This document shows positions 17,960 to 28,124 of a stretch of 64,000 nt of DNA, piece after piece. The notes beneath the pieces are model-generated. The model saw nothing but the letters and a program-made list of their open reading frames with translations, was not told where the DNA came from and made no database searches. The stretch's first letter is position 1. Each line of letters begins with the position of its first letter. Source of the stretch: Bacillota bacterium (GTDB lineage: Bacteria > Bacillota_I > Bacilli_A > RFN20 > CAG-826); assembly GCA_030834445.1 (NCBI GenBank), contig JAURFC010000001.1, positions 150,544-214,543 of the forward strand, written 5' to 3'. The position numbers were made by a program, and so were the translations under genes.

Positions 17960-20262
17960 TGGAACGTCACCACCGTGACACCATACCCGGCTTGTTCCCC
18001 TTCAGGTCCCCCGATTTTTATGACCCCTTCTTGTTGAGAAAAATAATCAAAAACGAGTTTTCGTAAGGTTCCGCTGCCAAAACCATGAATGATTTTTAAC
18101 GTTTTCAATTGACTTAAAATCGCTTGATCATGATAGTGTTCAATCGCTAATTTTGCTTCTTCATAGCGTAAACCAATTATATTAATCGAACTCGGTGCTT
18201 TTTTAAAAAATGGTTTCGTATTCTTTACTTTGACCGTTTTTTCTTGCGGGGGAGGAATGACTTCCAATCGAGAAGAATTCACCGAAACAGTTAAACCGTC
18301 CTCCGTAATCATCATCACTTTTTGTTTTTGAATAGCGATAATTTTACCACGAATCATCGTTTCTTGATCTTCCACATAATCATCCACTTCTAAATCGGGT
18401 GATGGGGCGGTTTCTTCGTGTTGACCGTCCTCATCGAGAAGGGCATCAAGTTCCGCTTTTAAGGCAATGGCTTCATGCAACTTTAATTCGGGATTCGCGA
18501 GTTGCTTGATGGTTTCATCTAACTTCTTTTTAACATTAAACATCGTAGTCTCATAGGCGACTTTGACATCCTCTTCTAAGGCAGCCCGTTTTTGTTGATA
18601 CGTTTGCCGCTCTTTTTCTAACGCTAATTGGGTTTGCTTTAATTCAGCTTGTAGGGTCCTCAAAGCTTCTTTTTCTCGATCATTTTCTGCGAGTTGTTCC
18701 TGTAATTTTTTTAAGGTTTTTTGTTCGGGGGTTTGTTCTTTTTCTAAAAGATATTTTTCAGCAAACTCCACAACTTTTGGGGCAAGTCCATAACGTTTCG
18801 CCATCACAAGTCCGTAACTCTTTCCCGGATAGCCAAGGCGAAATTGATACGTTGGTTGCAATTTTTCTTCGTCAAACACCAACGAAGCATTAATCATTCG
18901 CGGTTGTTCTAAAGCAAGCGTTTTTAATCCTGGAAAATGACTAGAAACGACGACAAAGGCACGTTTTGCTTGTAAATGTAAGAGTAAAGAACGAGCGAGT
19001 GCTTCCCCTTCTTGAGGATCGGTTCCCGTCCCTAATTCATCAATTAACACCAGATCAAAGGGTTTAACTTTTTCGGTTAGAGGAACGAGTTGGGTCATAT
19101 GGCCAGCAAAGGTAGATAAATTTTCTAAAACACTTTGCGTATCACCAATATCAGCATAGACATGGTGAAAGTACGAGAGCGTTGCCCGATCATCAGTTAA
19201 TAAAGGAATCGCAAGTTGATGAAAACATACACTAACCCCGATGGTTTTCATCGCCACGGTTTTCCCACCAGCATTTGGTCCAGAAATAATAATAATCGCT
19301 TGTTTTTCGGTGAGTTCGAAATCATTTTTAATAACTTTTTCTGGATCGATTAATAAGTGTCGGGCGCCTTTGAGTTTTAGCCCTGGTTCGGTAACCAGAA
19401 TGGACGCATGTCCTTCATGAACGATGCCAAAGCGTGCTTTGGCATGAAGATAATCCAGATAACCTAGCGTTTTATTATTGAGAGCAAGTGTATCTATATA
19501 CGGTTGAATGGTTTCCGTAAGTCCCGTTAAGATGACAAAGATTTCATCTTGTTCTGCCGCGAGTAACGCTTGTTTTTCTTGTTGGAGTTGCACGATAGGA
19601 AGGGGTTGAACAAAGGTCGTAAGACCAGTATCCGAAACATCTTCAATTACACCAGGAACTTTTTGTTTTTGGGAGGTAATAACCGGTAAGACATATTGAC
19701 CGTTGCGAACACTATAAGTGGATTCCGTCAGTGAACTCGCATAGGTGGAAACTAATTTTTGAATAAGCGCGACCATTTGCGCATCCATCCGCTTAAGTTG
19801 CTTACGAATCGAAAGTAACGCGGGAGAAGCATGATCCACAAGTTGTCCGCGATCATTTATTAAATTACGTATTTTTCCATAAACGCCATCGATGTAGTCT
19901 AAGGAGTCAATCCATTGTTCCACATGGGGAAAGGCAACTTTTAATGTTTTTTGAAAGTTCCCTAATTCTTCAATCATGACCCCATCAAGACGAAGGTGGT
20001 TTAAATCTTCTAGATGGAGCATTCGCCCTTTTTGTAAGGCGTGAAATAATTCACGTAACTCAGCGACTGGATAAATGGGCCATGAACCAAAACGACGGAG
20101 AAGTTGCATAGCTTCATCGAGTTCATGAAGTTTATCCGCGAGTTCTTCTGGACGAAAAAACGTGGTGCGAACACAAAGCTTTTTCCCTAACTCCGTCATT
20201 GCAAAGGGATGCAGACGATCAAGAATGGTCGGAAGATCTAAGATTTCTTCAATGGTTTTCAT
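17956..20262 (-). CDS. mutS2: MutS2 endonuclease / ribosome collision factor (start ATG 20262)
   Basis: SGPNAGGKT, LSTFAGH, DELGTGTDP, C-terminal Smr IIHGFGSG. Confidence 0.95.
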   Translation of the reverse strand: MKTIEEILDLPTILDRLHPFAMTELGKKLCVRTTFFRPEELADKLHELDEAMQLLRRFGSWPIYPVAELRELFHALQKGRMLHLEDLNHLRLDGVMIEELGNFQKTLKVAFPHVEQWIDSLDYIDGVYGKIRNLINDRGQLVDHASPALLSIRKQLKRMDAQMVALIQKLVSTYASSLTESTYSVRNGQYVLPVITSQKQKVPGVIEDVSDTGLTTFVQPLPIVQLQQEKQALLAAEQDEIFVILTGLTETIQPYIDTLALNNKTLGYLDYLHAKARFGIVHEGHASILVTEPGLKLKGARHLLIDPEKVIKNDFELTEKQAIIIISGPNAGGKTVAMKTIGVSVCFHQLAIPLLTDDRATLSYFHHVYADIGDTQSVLENLSTFAGHMTQLVPLTEKVKPFDLVLIDELGTGTDPQEGEALARSLLLHLQAKRAFVVVSSHFPGLKTLALEQPRMINASLVFDEEKLQPTYQFRLGYPGKSYGLVMAKRYGLAPKVVEFAEKYLLEKEQTPEQKTLKKLQEQLAENDREKEALRTLQAELKQTQLALEKERQTYQQKRAALEEDVKVAYETTMFNVKKKLDETIKQLANPELKLHEAIALKAELDALLDEDGQHEETAPSPDLEVDDYVEDQETMIRGKIIAIQKQKVMMITEDGLTVSVNSSRLEVIPPPQEKTVKVKNTKPFFKKAPSSINIIGLRYEEAKLAIEHYHDQAILSQLKTLKIIHGFGSGTLRKLVFDYFSQQEGVIKIGGPEGEQAGYGVTVVTFQ

Positions 20263-20320
20263 CGTTATTAATATAGCATTCTTTCTTTCATTAATCGCGT
20301 TATAATAAGGCAATATCCTT

Positions 20321-21208
20321 ATGAAAAATTCGATTCAAACAATCACCTTTGATTTACCAAGCGATCGCGTGGTTGATTTCATGACGTTTTACCAGGCTGA
20401 TGCGCTCACACCGCCGACGCCTTTTCACCTTTTTTTTGCAAAATCCAATGGGCTGACCCTCTCGGTTTATCAGGCTAAAAAAGGTGTTTCGCGCGTGGTC
20501 ATTCAAGGCGAGGGAGCCAAAACCGAATCCTTGTTGTGGATCGTAGAAAAAGAAACATCGTCTCACGGTGGCAGTGACGAAGTAGGAACAGGCGATTTTT
20601 TTGGACCGATTGTGGTGGTTGCGAGTTATGTAGATGTAACACTAATGAAGGAACTTTCAACCCTCGGTATCAAAGATTCAAAACAACTTGATGATTCGTG
20701 GATGAAGTCAATTGCCTCGACGTTAGCATCGCGTATTCCGCATGTGACGGTAGTCATCCATCCTCAGAAATATGCAGCGATGATTGCCAAAGGTATGAAC
20801 ATGAACCACATTAAAGCGGCAATGCATCATAAAGCGATTTCCACCTTAAAGCAACGTTATCCTTATGATCATCCCACCATCATCGACCAGTTTGCAACGG
20901 ATGCAAGTATGCATCGTTATTTAAAAAATCTCCCAGTTATACCACGATTACAATGGTTTGAAAAAGCAGAAAACAATTATATGGCGGTAGCAGTCAGTTC
21001 CATTCTTGCTCGCGTGCGTTTTCTTGAAGAAATACAAGCGTTGAATGAACAATTCCATACGACCATTCCGTTAGGTGCAAGTCAAAAAGTGGAAGATTTT
21101 GCGGTTCAATTTGCGCAAATTCATGGCATCGAACAATTAAAATCACTCGTAAAAATTAATTTTTCAACGTTTCAACGCGTCGAGTCCATCGTGACGAAGC
21201 GTCCATAA
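20321..21208 (+). CDS. rnhC: Ribonuclease HIII
   Basis: N-terminal TBP-like domain; GSDEVGTGDFFGP, IKDSK, DQF, SILAR. Confidence 0.95.
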   Translation: MKNSIQTITFDLPSDRVVDFMTFYQADALTPPTPFHLFFAKSNGLTLSVYQAKKGVSRVVIQGEGAKTESLLWIVEKETSSHGGSDEVGTGDFFGPIVVVASYVDVTLMKELSTLGIKDSKQLDDSWMKSIASTLASRIPHVTVVIHPQKYAAMIAKGMNMNHIKAAMHHKAISTLKQRYPYDHPTIIDQFATDASMHRYLKNLPVIPRLQWFEKAENNYMAVAVSSILARVRFLEEIQALNEQFHTTIPLGASQKVEDFAVQFAQIHGIEQLKSLVKINFSTFQRVESIVTKRP

Positions 21209-22102
21209 TATCTTTTCAAAATAATCAGGAAGTGCTGTCTTCACAACCACTGTTTCTTGTGTCATTGGATGGATAAATTCAAGTTGATACGCATGTAATA
21301 GTTGTCCTAAATGATGAAGTTGGACAAATCCTTTTGCATAGACAGGATCACTTTCAATAGGATGCTGAATGAATTGCATATGGACACGAATTTGATGCGT
21401 TCTTCCTGTTTCAAGACGACACTCAATCAGCGTATGTTTTTCAAAGCGTTCAAGCACCACAAAATGCGTCGTTGCTTCTTTGCCTTCGGCAAGAACATCC
21501 ATCGCTTGCCGATCTTCAGGATCGCGACCAATCGGAGCGATAATGGTGCCTTTTTCTTCGGTTATCACACCATGTACCAACGCGCGATAGGTTCGTTGAA
21601 TGGCGTGATTTTTTAATTGTTCTGCTAAGCGTACGTGCGCCTCATCATGTTTAGCAACAAGCAATAATCCAGATGTATCCTTATCAATTCGGTGGACAAT
21701 TCCCGGGCGCATAACCCCATTAATCCCACTCCAAGAAGTGCGGTAATGAAGTAAGGCATTCACCAATGTCCCGGTGTAATGTCCCGGCGCAGGATGAACC
21801 ACAAGGCCTTGCGGTTTATTGACGACGAGTAAGTGTTCATCTTCATACACAATCTCCAAAGGGATTGCTTCGGGTTGAATGACGGAGGGAACAGCTTCCC
21901 AGGGGTACACTTCGATCTGATCGTGAAGTTTTAAGCGATGACTGGGTTTGGTTGGCGTATGATTGACATGAATTTTATCGGTTTTAATCCATTGTTCAAG
22001 ATGGGAACGGGAATAGTCTACAAGATGCTCCACTAAAAATTTATCCAAACGAAAACCAACATATTCTGACGTAATGAAAAATGTATGGAGTGGTTTATCC
22101 AC
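21164..22102 (-). CDS. rluD: RluA/RluD family pseudouridine synthase (start probably GTG 22102)
   Basis: S4 domain RLDKFL, VHRIDKDTSG, LETGRTHQIRVH; after lspA. Confidence 0.93.
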   Translation of the reverse strand: MDKPLHTFFITSEYVGFRLDKFLVEHLVDYSRSHLEQWIKTDKIHVNHTPTKPSHRLKLHDQIEVYPWEAVPSVIQPEAIPLEIVYEDEHLLVVNKPQGLVVHPAPGHYTGTLVNALLHYRTSWSGINGVMRPGIVHRIDKDTSGLLLVAKHDEAHVRLAEQLKNHAIQRTYRALVHGVITEEKGTIIAPIGRDPEDRQAMDVLAEGKEATTHFVVLERFEKHTLIECRLETGRTHQIRVHMQFIQHPIESDPVYAKGFVQLHHLGQLLHAYQLEFIHPMTQETVVVKTALPDYFEKILWTLRHDGLDALKR

Positions 22103-22589
22103 GTTGCTTTGTCCCCATTTTCCCTTCCAAGACGGAGAGGACAATTAGGCCAATAACTCCTAAGGTTAACCCGATATCGGCAACGTTAAACGTCGGAAAA
22201 ATATAATCTCCAAAGTGAAAGGATAAAAAATCAATAACGCCTTCTTCATAGAAAGCGCGATCGATAAAATTCCCCCATGTTCCTGATAAAAATAAGCTAA
22301 TCGAAAGATGATGCCAACGATCAAACGTAGTGTAATTTTTGAGATACATATATCCAAAGCCAATACCTACGGCAAAAGAAATCATCGCTAAGAGAGGTAA
22401 TTGCCCCGCAAACAAGGACCACGCTGCACCGGTATTCCTTGAATAGGTAAGGTAGAAGAAATTAGGAATAACGGTGAGATTGACGTTGGTTGATGCGGCC
22501 CAAATTTTGGTCCCATAATCAAGTAAAAACCAAGCTAAAAAGAACCAACCATAACCTTCTTTAAACCAAGATTTGATATTATTTTTCAT
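22095..22589 (-). CDS. lspA: Lipoprotein signal peptidase II
   Basis: NTGAAWS, GNFIDR, VIDF, FNVAD; ATG 22589 overlaps the end of ileS. Confidence 0.95.
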   Translation of the reverse strand: MKNNIKSWFKEGYGWFFLAWFLLDYGTKIWAASTNVNLTVIPNFFYLTYSRNTGAAWSLFAGQLPLLAMISFAVGIGFGYMYLKNYTTFDRWHHLSISLFLSGTWGNFIDRAFYEEGVIDFLSFHFGDYIFPTFNVADIGLTLGVIGLIVLSVLEGKMGTKQRG

Positions 22590-25299
22590 CACGAATGACA
22601 CGGACACAGCGTTCGCAAACGTGGCCTTCCTCCCATGAAACTAATTGCGAAAAGTAATTCCAACAACGCGGACATTTTTCACCATGGGAAGCGTGAGCTT
22701 CAACATGAATGTTCGTGGCTTTTTCAACATCTAATTGGGACACAATGAACAAGCGATTCCGTTCACGAACGTCCAAGGATTGTAAATGCTTAAACATCGC
22801 TTCAGGAACCTTTAATTTGACGTTCGCTTCTAAGGAAGAGCCAATCGTTCCTTCCGATCGTAAGGTTTCTAACGTTTTACTAACATGACTACGTGTTTCA
22901 TAAAATTGGGCTAAGGTTTCCACTTCTTCACATTCTCCTCCGCGGGGGAATGCAAGTAATTGACTGGATGCAACGGGTTTCTGAGGCCATGTTTGATACA
23001 CTTCTTCCATGGTAAAAGGAAGAATTGGTGTTAATAGTACCGTTAAATCATGAACCAATCGATATAGGACATGGAGCACTTGTAATCGACGCACACTCGT
23101 CTTTGCTTCACAATACAAAATATCTTTGACAATATCTAAATAAAACGACGATAAATCTTGGGTTAAAAAGGTCGTGATTTCACTCGTTGCTTCGGCAAAA
23201 TTATACGCATCCATAGCGTGTTGATAACGGTGAACAACCGCCTCAAGCTTGGCGATCATTAAATGATCAATCCAGGCAAAATCGGTAACCGGATACGCTT
23301 CCGGCGTGAAGGGTTCTTCGCCCACCCATAAATTTCCGAGCATGAACTTGAAGGTATTACGGATTTTTCGGTACATGTCGGCGTTCCCTTTAAAAATTTC
23401 TTCGGATGCACGTGCATCGGCGGTAAAATCGATCGATGTGGCCCACAACCGCATAATATCCGCCCCATAGACTTGCATCATCTTTAAGGGATCGATACCA
23501 TTGCCTTTGGATTTCGACATCTTTTCGCCTTTTCCGTCTACGACGAACCCGTGAGAAACAATCGCTTGGTAGGGAGAAACGCCTTCGGTGGCAATGGCAA
23601 TGATTAAGGATGAATTAAACCAACCACGATATTGATCAGAACCTTCTAAGTACAAGTCAGCAGGAAACTTCATGCCACGTTGTTTTAACACGGCAAGCGA
23701 ACTTGATCCTGAGTCAAACCAGACATCCATGATGTCGGTTTCTTTTTTAAATTGTCCGCTGGGAGATAAGGGAGATTGATACCCTGGGGGTAATAAATCC
23801 TTTGGTTCTTTTTCAAACCATACCCGACTTCCATGTGTTTTAAATAAGGATTGAATATGGTTAAAGACCGCTTCTTCCATAATCGGTGTGCCATCTTCGT
23901 GATAAATAATGGGAATCGGAACACCCCATGCGCGTTGACGAGAAATACACCAGTCCCCGCGATCTTTAATCATATTATGTATGCGTTGTTCACCCCACTT
24001 AGGTGTCCACTGAACCTTGGCAATCGCGTCTAATAATTCCTGACGAATCGGATCGATGGATGCAAACCATTGCGGCGTTGCTCGATAAATAAGCGGTTTT
24101 CCCGTGCGCCAATCATGCGGATAACTATGCGGATAAGGAATATCCGCGAGTAAATGACCCGACGCCGTTAAGGTCGTTAAAACCCATTGATTCGCATCGG
24201 TGTAAAATAACCCTGCTAAGCCTTCGCCCGCTTCTTCAGTCATAACCCCTTTACTATCGACCGGACATAACGGTGGTAAATGATATTTTTGTCCGACGAT
24301 AAAATCTTCTTCACCGTGACCCGGTGCGGTATGAACAAAACCGGTCCCCGCTTCCAAGGTGACATGGTCGCCTAAAATCATTAGGGACGTTCTTTCATAA
24401 AAAGGATGTTGGCACGTCACTGCTTCCAGTGTTTTTCCTTGAATGGTATCTAATAACGTCACCGGACCAAGATCACAGGCTTTGGCAACCGCATCCACTA
24501 AACCGACTGCAAGAACGAGTTTTCCTCGTTTGGTTTCATACACACCATACTCAAAATCAGGATGCGCCGAAATGGCAAGGTTAGCAGGAAGAGTCCACGG
24601 GGTTGTGGTCCAAATAACCACACGGGCGTCAGCAGGCAGTACGCCCTTACCATCGACGACATCAAAGGTCACATAAATGGAGTGATCAACGACATCTTCA
24701 TACACAATTTCTGCTTCAGCAAGCGCAGACTCACTGCTGGGTGACCAATAAACGGGTTTTAACCCTTTGTAAATAAGTCCTTTCATCGCCATTTTGGCAA
24801 AGACGGCAATTTGTTCTGCTTCATATTCGGGTTGTAAGGTTAAATACGGATTTTCCATATCCCCCACGACACCCAATCGTTGCAGTTGTTCTTTTTGGCG
24901 TTGCACTTGGGAGCGGGCAAACGCATCGCAATGTTCGCGAAATTCCGCAACCGACATCGTTTTACGGTTCACCCCTTTTTTGGCTAAATAATTTTCAATC
25001 GGTAAACCATGGGTATCCCAGCCAAACACAAAGGGAACCTTATAACCCCGCAAGTGTTTATAACGGACGGTCGTATCTTTCAATAAACGATTTAACATAT
25101 GCCCCACATGAGTATCGCCGTTGGCATACGGCGGCCCATCATGCAGTTGGAATTCTTCGGCATCCGCACGTTGGGCGAGCATCATCTCATAAAGACGAAT
25201 CGACGTCCAATACGCAATCGTATTTGGTTCTTTGATCGGCAAATTCGCCTTCATATCGAAGGTATTTTTCGGCATTAATAAGGTTTGTTTTAAGTCCAT
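22579..25299 (-). CDS. ileS: Isoleucine--tRNA ligase (type 1)
   Basis: DGPPYANG..HVGH, WCISRQR.WG, KMSKS, C-terminal CPRC..CERC zinc finger. Confidence 0.98.
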   Translation of the reverse strand: MDLKQTLLMPKNTFDMKANLPIKEPNTIAYWTSIRLYEMMLAQRADAEEFQLHDGPPYANGDTHVGHMLNRLLKDTTVRYKHLRGYKVPFVFGWDTHGLPIENYLAKKGVNRKTMSVAEFREHCDAFARSQVQRQKEQLQRLGVVGDMENPYLTLQPEYEAEQIAVFAKMAMKGLIYKGLKPVYWSPSSESALAEAEIVYEDVVDHSIYVTFDVVDGKGVLPADARVVIWTTTPWTLPANLAISAHPDFEYGVYETKRGKLVLAVGLVDAVAKACDLGPVTLLDTIQGKTLEAVTCQHPFYERTSLMILGDHVTLEAGTGFVHTAPGHGEEDFIVGQKYHLPPLCPVDSKGVMTEEAGEGLAGLFYTDANQWVLTTLTASGHLLADIPYPHSYPHDWRTGKPLIYRATPQWFASIDPIRQELLDAIAKVQWTPKWGEQRIHNMIKDRGDWCISRQRAWGVPIPIIYHEDGTPIMEEAVFNHIQSLFKTHGSRVWFEKEPKDLLPPGYQSPLSPSGQFKKETDIMDVWFDSGSSSLAVLKQRGMKFPADLYLEGSDQYRGWFNSSLIIAIATEGVSPYQAIVSHGFVVDGKGEKMSKSKGNGIDPLKMMQVYGADIMRLWATSIDFTADARASEEIFKGNADMYRKIRNTFKFMLGNLWVGEEPFTPEAYPVTDFAWIDHLMIAKLEAVVHRYQHAMDAYNFAEATSEITTFLTQDLSSFYLDIVKDILYCEAKTSVRRLQVLHVLYRLVHDLTVLLTPILPFTMEEVYQTWPQKPVASSQLLAFPRGGECEEVETLAQFYETRSHVSKTLETLRSEGTIGSSLEANVKLKVPEAMFKHLQSLDVRERNRLFIVSQLDVEKATNIHVEAHASHGEKCPRCWNYFSQLVSWEEGHVCERCVRVIRDEK

Positions 25300-25311
25300 A
25301 CAGCCTCCTTA

Positions 25312-25530
25312 TAAAACAAAAACGTCCTCATGCAAGGACGTAAAGTTACGCGGTACCACCTTGTTTCATTCTTGACAGAATGCGCTTCATGCATCGATAA
25401 CGGGATGACCGGTGTTCCTACTTTCGTTCAGTTCACTCTCCGAAGGGATAATCTTAATCAGGTGTTCGCTTTCACTCTCCGAACTCGCTTGTTAGGGGAC
25501 TAAGACCGTGTCTTCATCAACGATTTAGCA
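25312..25530 (-). ncRNA. T-box riboswitch (Ile, specifier AUC)
   Basis: AAGGTGGTACCGCG at 25349-25362; terminator ACGTCCT/AGGACGT plus U run; AUC at 25447-25449. Confidence 0.92.
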
Positions 25531-25566
25531 ACATCACTATAGCATAGATTTATGAACGCGCAAACC

Positions 25567-26697
25567 TTAGGATAATTTCTTTCCGTTAAAAAAAGAAGGG
25601 AGTAAATCATCATCGTCTTCTTCTGGGATGATCGATGTTTCTTCTTCCTCTACCGGTTCTAGTAAACTTGGGGCTTTATCCTCACTGGCAGGTGTAGATA
25701 GTGGTTTTTTATATTGCGGAACATTCGTGTAGTCATATTCTTCCGGGAAATCTGCCGCAATGACTGAAACTAGGATTTGATCCGTGAGTTGATCATTGAT
25801 ATTGACCCCAAATTTAATATCGAGGTTAGTGCCTGCAATTTCGCGAATGCGTTCGACCGTTTCTTGCGCCTCATACAGCGAAACCAGCGGACCACACGTG
25901 ACGGCAACAATCGCTTTGCGCGCGCCATTTAGACTCGATTCTAATAATGGGGAACTAATCGCGCTTTGTGCAGCATCAAATGCTTTATTCGCGCCTTGAC
26001 CCATGCCAAAACCGATGAGAGAAATGCCTGAATTTTTTAAGACATTGCGCACATCCGAGAAATCTAAATTGATGACCGAGGGCATTAAAATAAGATCGGT
26101 GACGGTTTTAACGGATTGGGCAAGAACATCATCGGCCATTTTAAAGGCTTGACCAATAGGTTGATTGCCCGAGGATAAAAGAAGTTTATCGTTACTGACA
26201 ATAATGATGGCATCGACAGCATCTTTGAGTTCGTTGAGTCCACGAACCGAATTGGCAATGCGTCCTTTTCCTTCAAATGTAAAAGGTCGAGTCACAATGG
26301 CGACGGTGAGCGCTTTCGCTTCACGGGCAATCGCGGCAATCACGGGTGCTGCCCCCGTCCCGGTTCCGCCTCCCATTCCTGCGGCAATAAACACCATATT
26401 GGCACCACGCACAATCTCTGCAATTTCTTCTTTGGATTCTTCAGCGGCGAGTTTTCCCACATCAGGACTTCCTCCTGCCCCTAATCCCCCTGTGGTTTTT
26501 TCACCTAACACAAGACGGTTTTTGGACGCCGAAGTTTGTAAGACTTGTTTATCCGTATTGGCAACATAAAACTCGACATGGGAAATATTTTCTTCGAGCA
26601 TTCGATTGACGGCATTATTGCCTGCCCCGCCGACGCCAATGACAACAATACGTGCGGTTGGATCATAATTGTCTAATAAATTTTTATCTTTACTCAT
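25567..26697 (-). CDS. ftsZ: Cell division protein FtsZ
   Basis: GVGGAGNNAV, GGGTGTG, INLDFSD, C-terminal core DLLPSF. Confidence 0.98.
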   Translation of the reverse strand: MSKDKNLLDNYDPTARIVVIGVGGAGNNAVNRMLEENISHVEFYVANTDKQVLQTSASKNRLVLGEKTTGGLGAGGSPDVGKLAAEESKEEIAEIVRGANMVFIAAGMGGGTGTGAAPVIAAIAREAKALTVAIVTRPFTFEGKGRIANSVRGLNELKDAVDAIIIVSNDKLLLSSGNQPIGQAFKMADDVLAQSVKTVTDLILMPSVINLDFSDVRNVLKNSGISLIGFGMGQGANKAFDAAQSAISSPLLESSLNGARKAIVAVTCGPLVSLYEAQETVERIREIAGTNLDIKFGVNINDQLTDQILVSVIAADFPEEYDYTNVPQYKKPLSTPASEDKAPSLLEPVEEEETSIIPEEDDDDLLPSFFNGKKLS

Positions 26698-26714
26698 TCG
26701 ATAACCCTCCTTGG

Positions 26715-27938
26715 TTATTCTTCATCATAGTTGGTAAAATTTCGCTTCTGAGATGAAAGTTCACGGGTGATGGAGATGGGACGACGAACATCATCTTCAA
26801 TGAGGCGATAACGATGGGCAAACCGAAGTCCACCTAAAGTCGACATCGACTTCAGGGTGCGAGCACCAACGGTTTTGATAAAGGGTTTTTGTACACCTTG
26901 ACCTAAACCAATCGATGCAAAAAGGGTTTCTATCCCCATCAGCTGAGAGCCACCTCCGACAAAATATATCGGCAAATCACGTAAATCTTGCAGGCGTTGA
27001 TCGACATCGACATGCGCGAGTGCGTCATTGGCTTCTTCAATAAAAGGTTCATAAAACTCTTGTAGTGCTTGGTTAAGGGCGTCTTGCCGAATCGTGATGC
27101 CATCGTCAGCGTAAACAAGCCCATTAAAGAGCGGTTCACGGGATTCATACCCAAATTTTTCTTTAAGTTGACGGGCTTTTTCTAAACTGAGTCCAAACCG
27201 TGTCGACAAATAACTGGTGAGTTGTTCCGCGCCGGTTTCTAGCATGATGGTATGAATCAATTGATGTTGCGAAATTAAATGGACACTGGTCGCATTGGCA
27301 CCATGGTCCATAATCCAATACGCCGAATGCATATCTTTATGATGGCTTAAAAATAAATCAGCCATGCCTTGACCATCTAATAAAAACCGTTTCACCGGCA
27401 TTTGAATCATCGTAAAGATACCTTGCAGGGCTTCAAAAAATGATTGGGAAATGTATTGAACGTACGCTTGCAGCAGAATGTTTGACGTAATTTCCCCAAT
27501 GGGCGGATTAATCGATACTTTTTGGCCATCAATCGTATAAGCAACGGGAACTAAACACACTTGCGCAAAGGGCCCTTTCACCACTTCTTTTTGAAACATC
27601 GAATGAAGATTTTGAATATCCATCGGATGAATGGATCCATGGGGATCGACGGTATTTGTCGTTTTTTCACCATGAAACACATTCAATTGATAACTCGGAA
27701 TCACAACTTCAATGTGGTGTAACGGAAAGCCCATATGCGTTTCCATATCGGTGACAAGGCGTTTAATGGTCGTCGCTAGAATTTGAGGATTTAAAATCGT
27801 ATCCCCTTGAAAAACAGGAAGATACACTGACTGCATCGTATGTAAAATTACTGGACGTGACGACAACTCATAACCCACCAGTGCTTTTACACTGCCGCTG
27901 CCAATATCTAAAACAAGAATGGGTTGATCGTTTTTCAT
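26715..27938 (-). CDS. ftsA: Divergent FtsA (start ATG 27938)
   Basis: Actin-like motifs LDIGSGSVK, MDHGA, VGGGSQL; directly upstream of ftsZ. Confidence 0.85.
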   Translation of the reverse strand: MKNDQPILVLDIGSGSVKALVGYELSSRPVILHTMQSVYLPVFQGDTILNPQILATTIKRLVTDMETHMGFPLHHIEVVIPSYQLNVFHGEKTTNTVDPHGSIHPMDIQNLHSMFQKEVVKGPFAQVCLVPVAYTIDGQKVSINPPIGEITSNILLQAYVQYISQSFFEALQGIFTMIQMPVKRFLLDGQGMADLFLSHHKDMHSAYWIMDHGANATSVHLISQHQLIHTIMLETGAEQLTSYLSTRFGLSLEKARQLKEKFGYESREPLFNGLVYADDGITIRQDALNQALQEFYEPFIEEANDALAHVDVDQRLQDLRDLPIYFVGGGSQLMGIETLFASIGLGQGVQKPFIKTVGARTLKSMSTLGGLRFAHRYRLIEDDVRRPISITRELSSQKRNFTNYDEE

Positions 27939-28114
27939 TACTGAATAATTAGGGATAACGGGGTGAATAAATAAAGTAACAATAATGCGTTTGCAACAAA
28001 AAAGACGCTCCACCAAAAGGTTCGTTGTTGTTGAAGTTGTGTTTTCTTAGCAATGAGTTCTTCAGAAAAGAGGCGTTCTAATTGCTGTGTGTCTAAAAAA
28101 GTGGTTGATTTCAT
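27938..28114 (-). CDS. 58-aa DivIB/FtsQ-like stub MKSTTFLDTQQLERLFSEELIAKKTQLQQQRTFWWSVFFVANALLLLYLFTPLSLIIQ
   Basis: Manual translation. AAGGAG RBS; TAA overlaps the ftsA ATG (TAATG); one TM ending in YLFTPLS; occupies the divIB position. Confidence 0.7.
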   Translation of the reverse strand: MKSTTFLDTQQLERLFSEELIAKKTQLQQQRTFWWSVFFVANALLLLYLFTPLSLIIQ

Positions 28115-28124
28115 AACGTTCTCC

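Noticed and set aside
26165-26569. 134-aa antisense ORF in ftsZ (similarly 35314-35667, 37156-37572, 54584-54997)
   Set aside because: Typical antisense shadow ORFs of conserved genes, with no RBS or recognisable motifs.
27939-28016. 26-aa N-terminal extension of FtsA from 28016
   Set aside because: The region is better explained by the 58-aa ORF in another frame whose stop overlaps ATG 27938.
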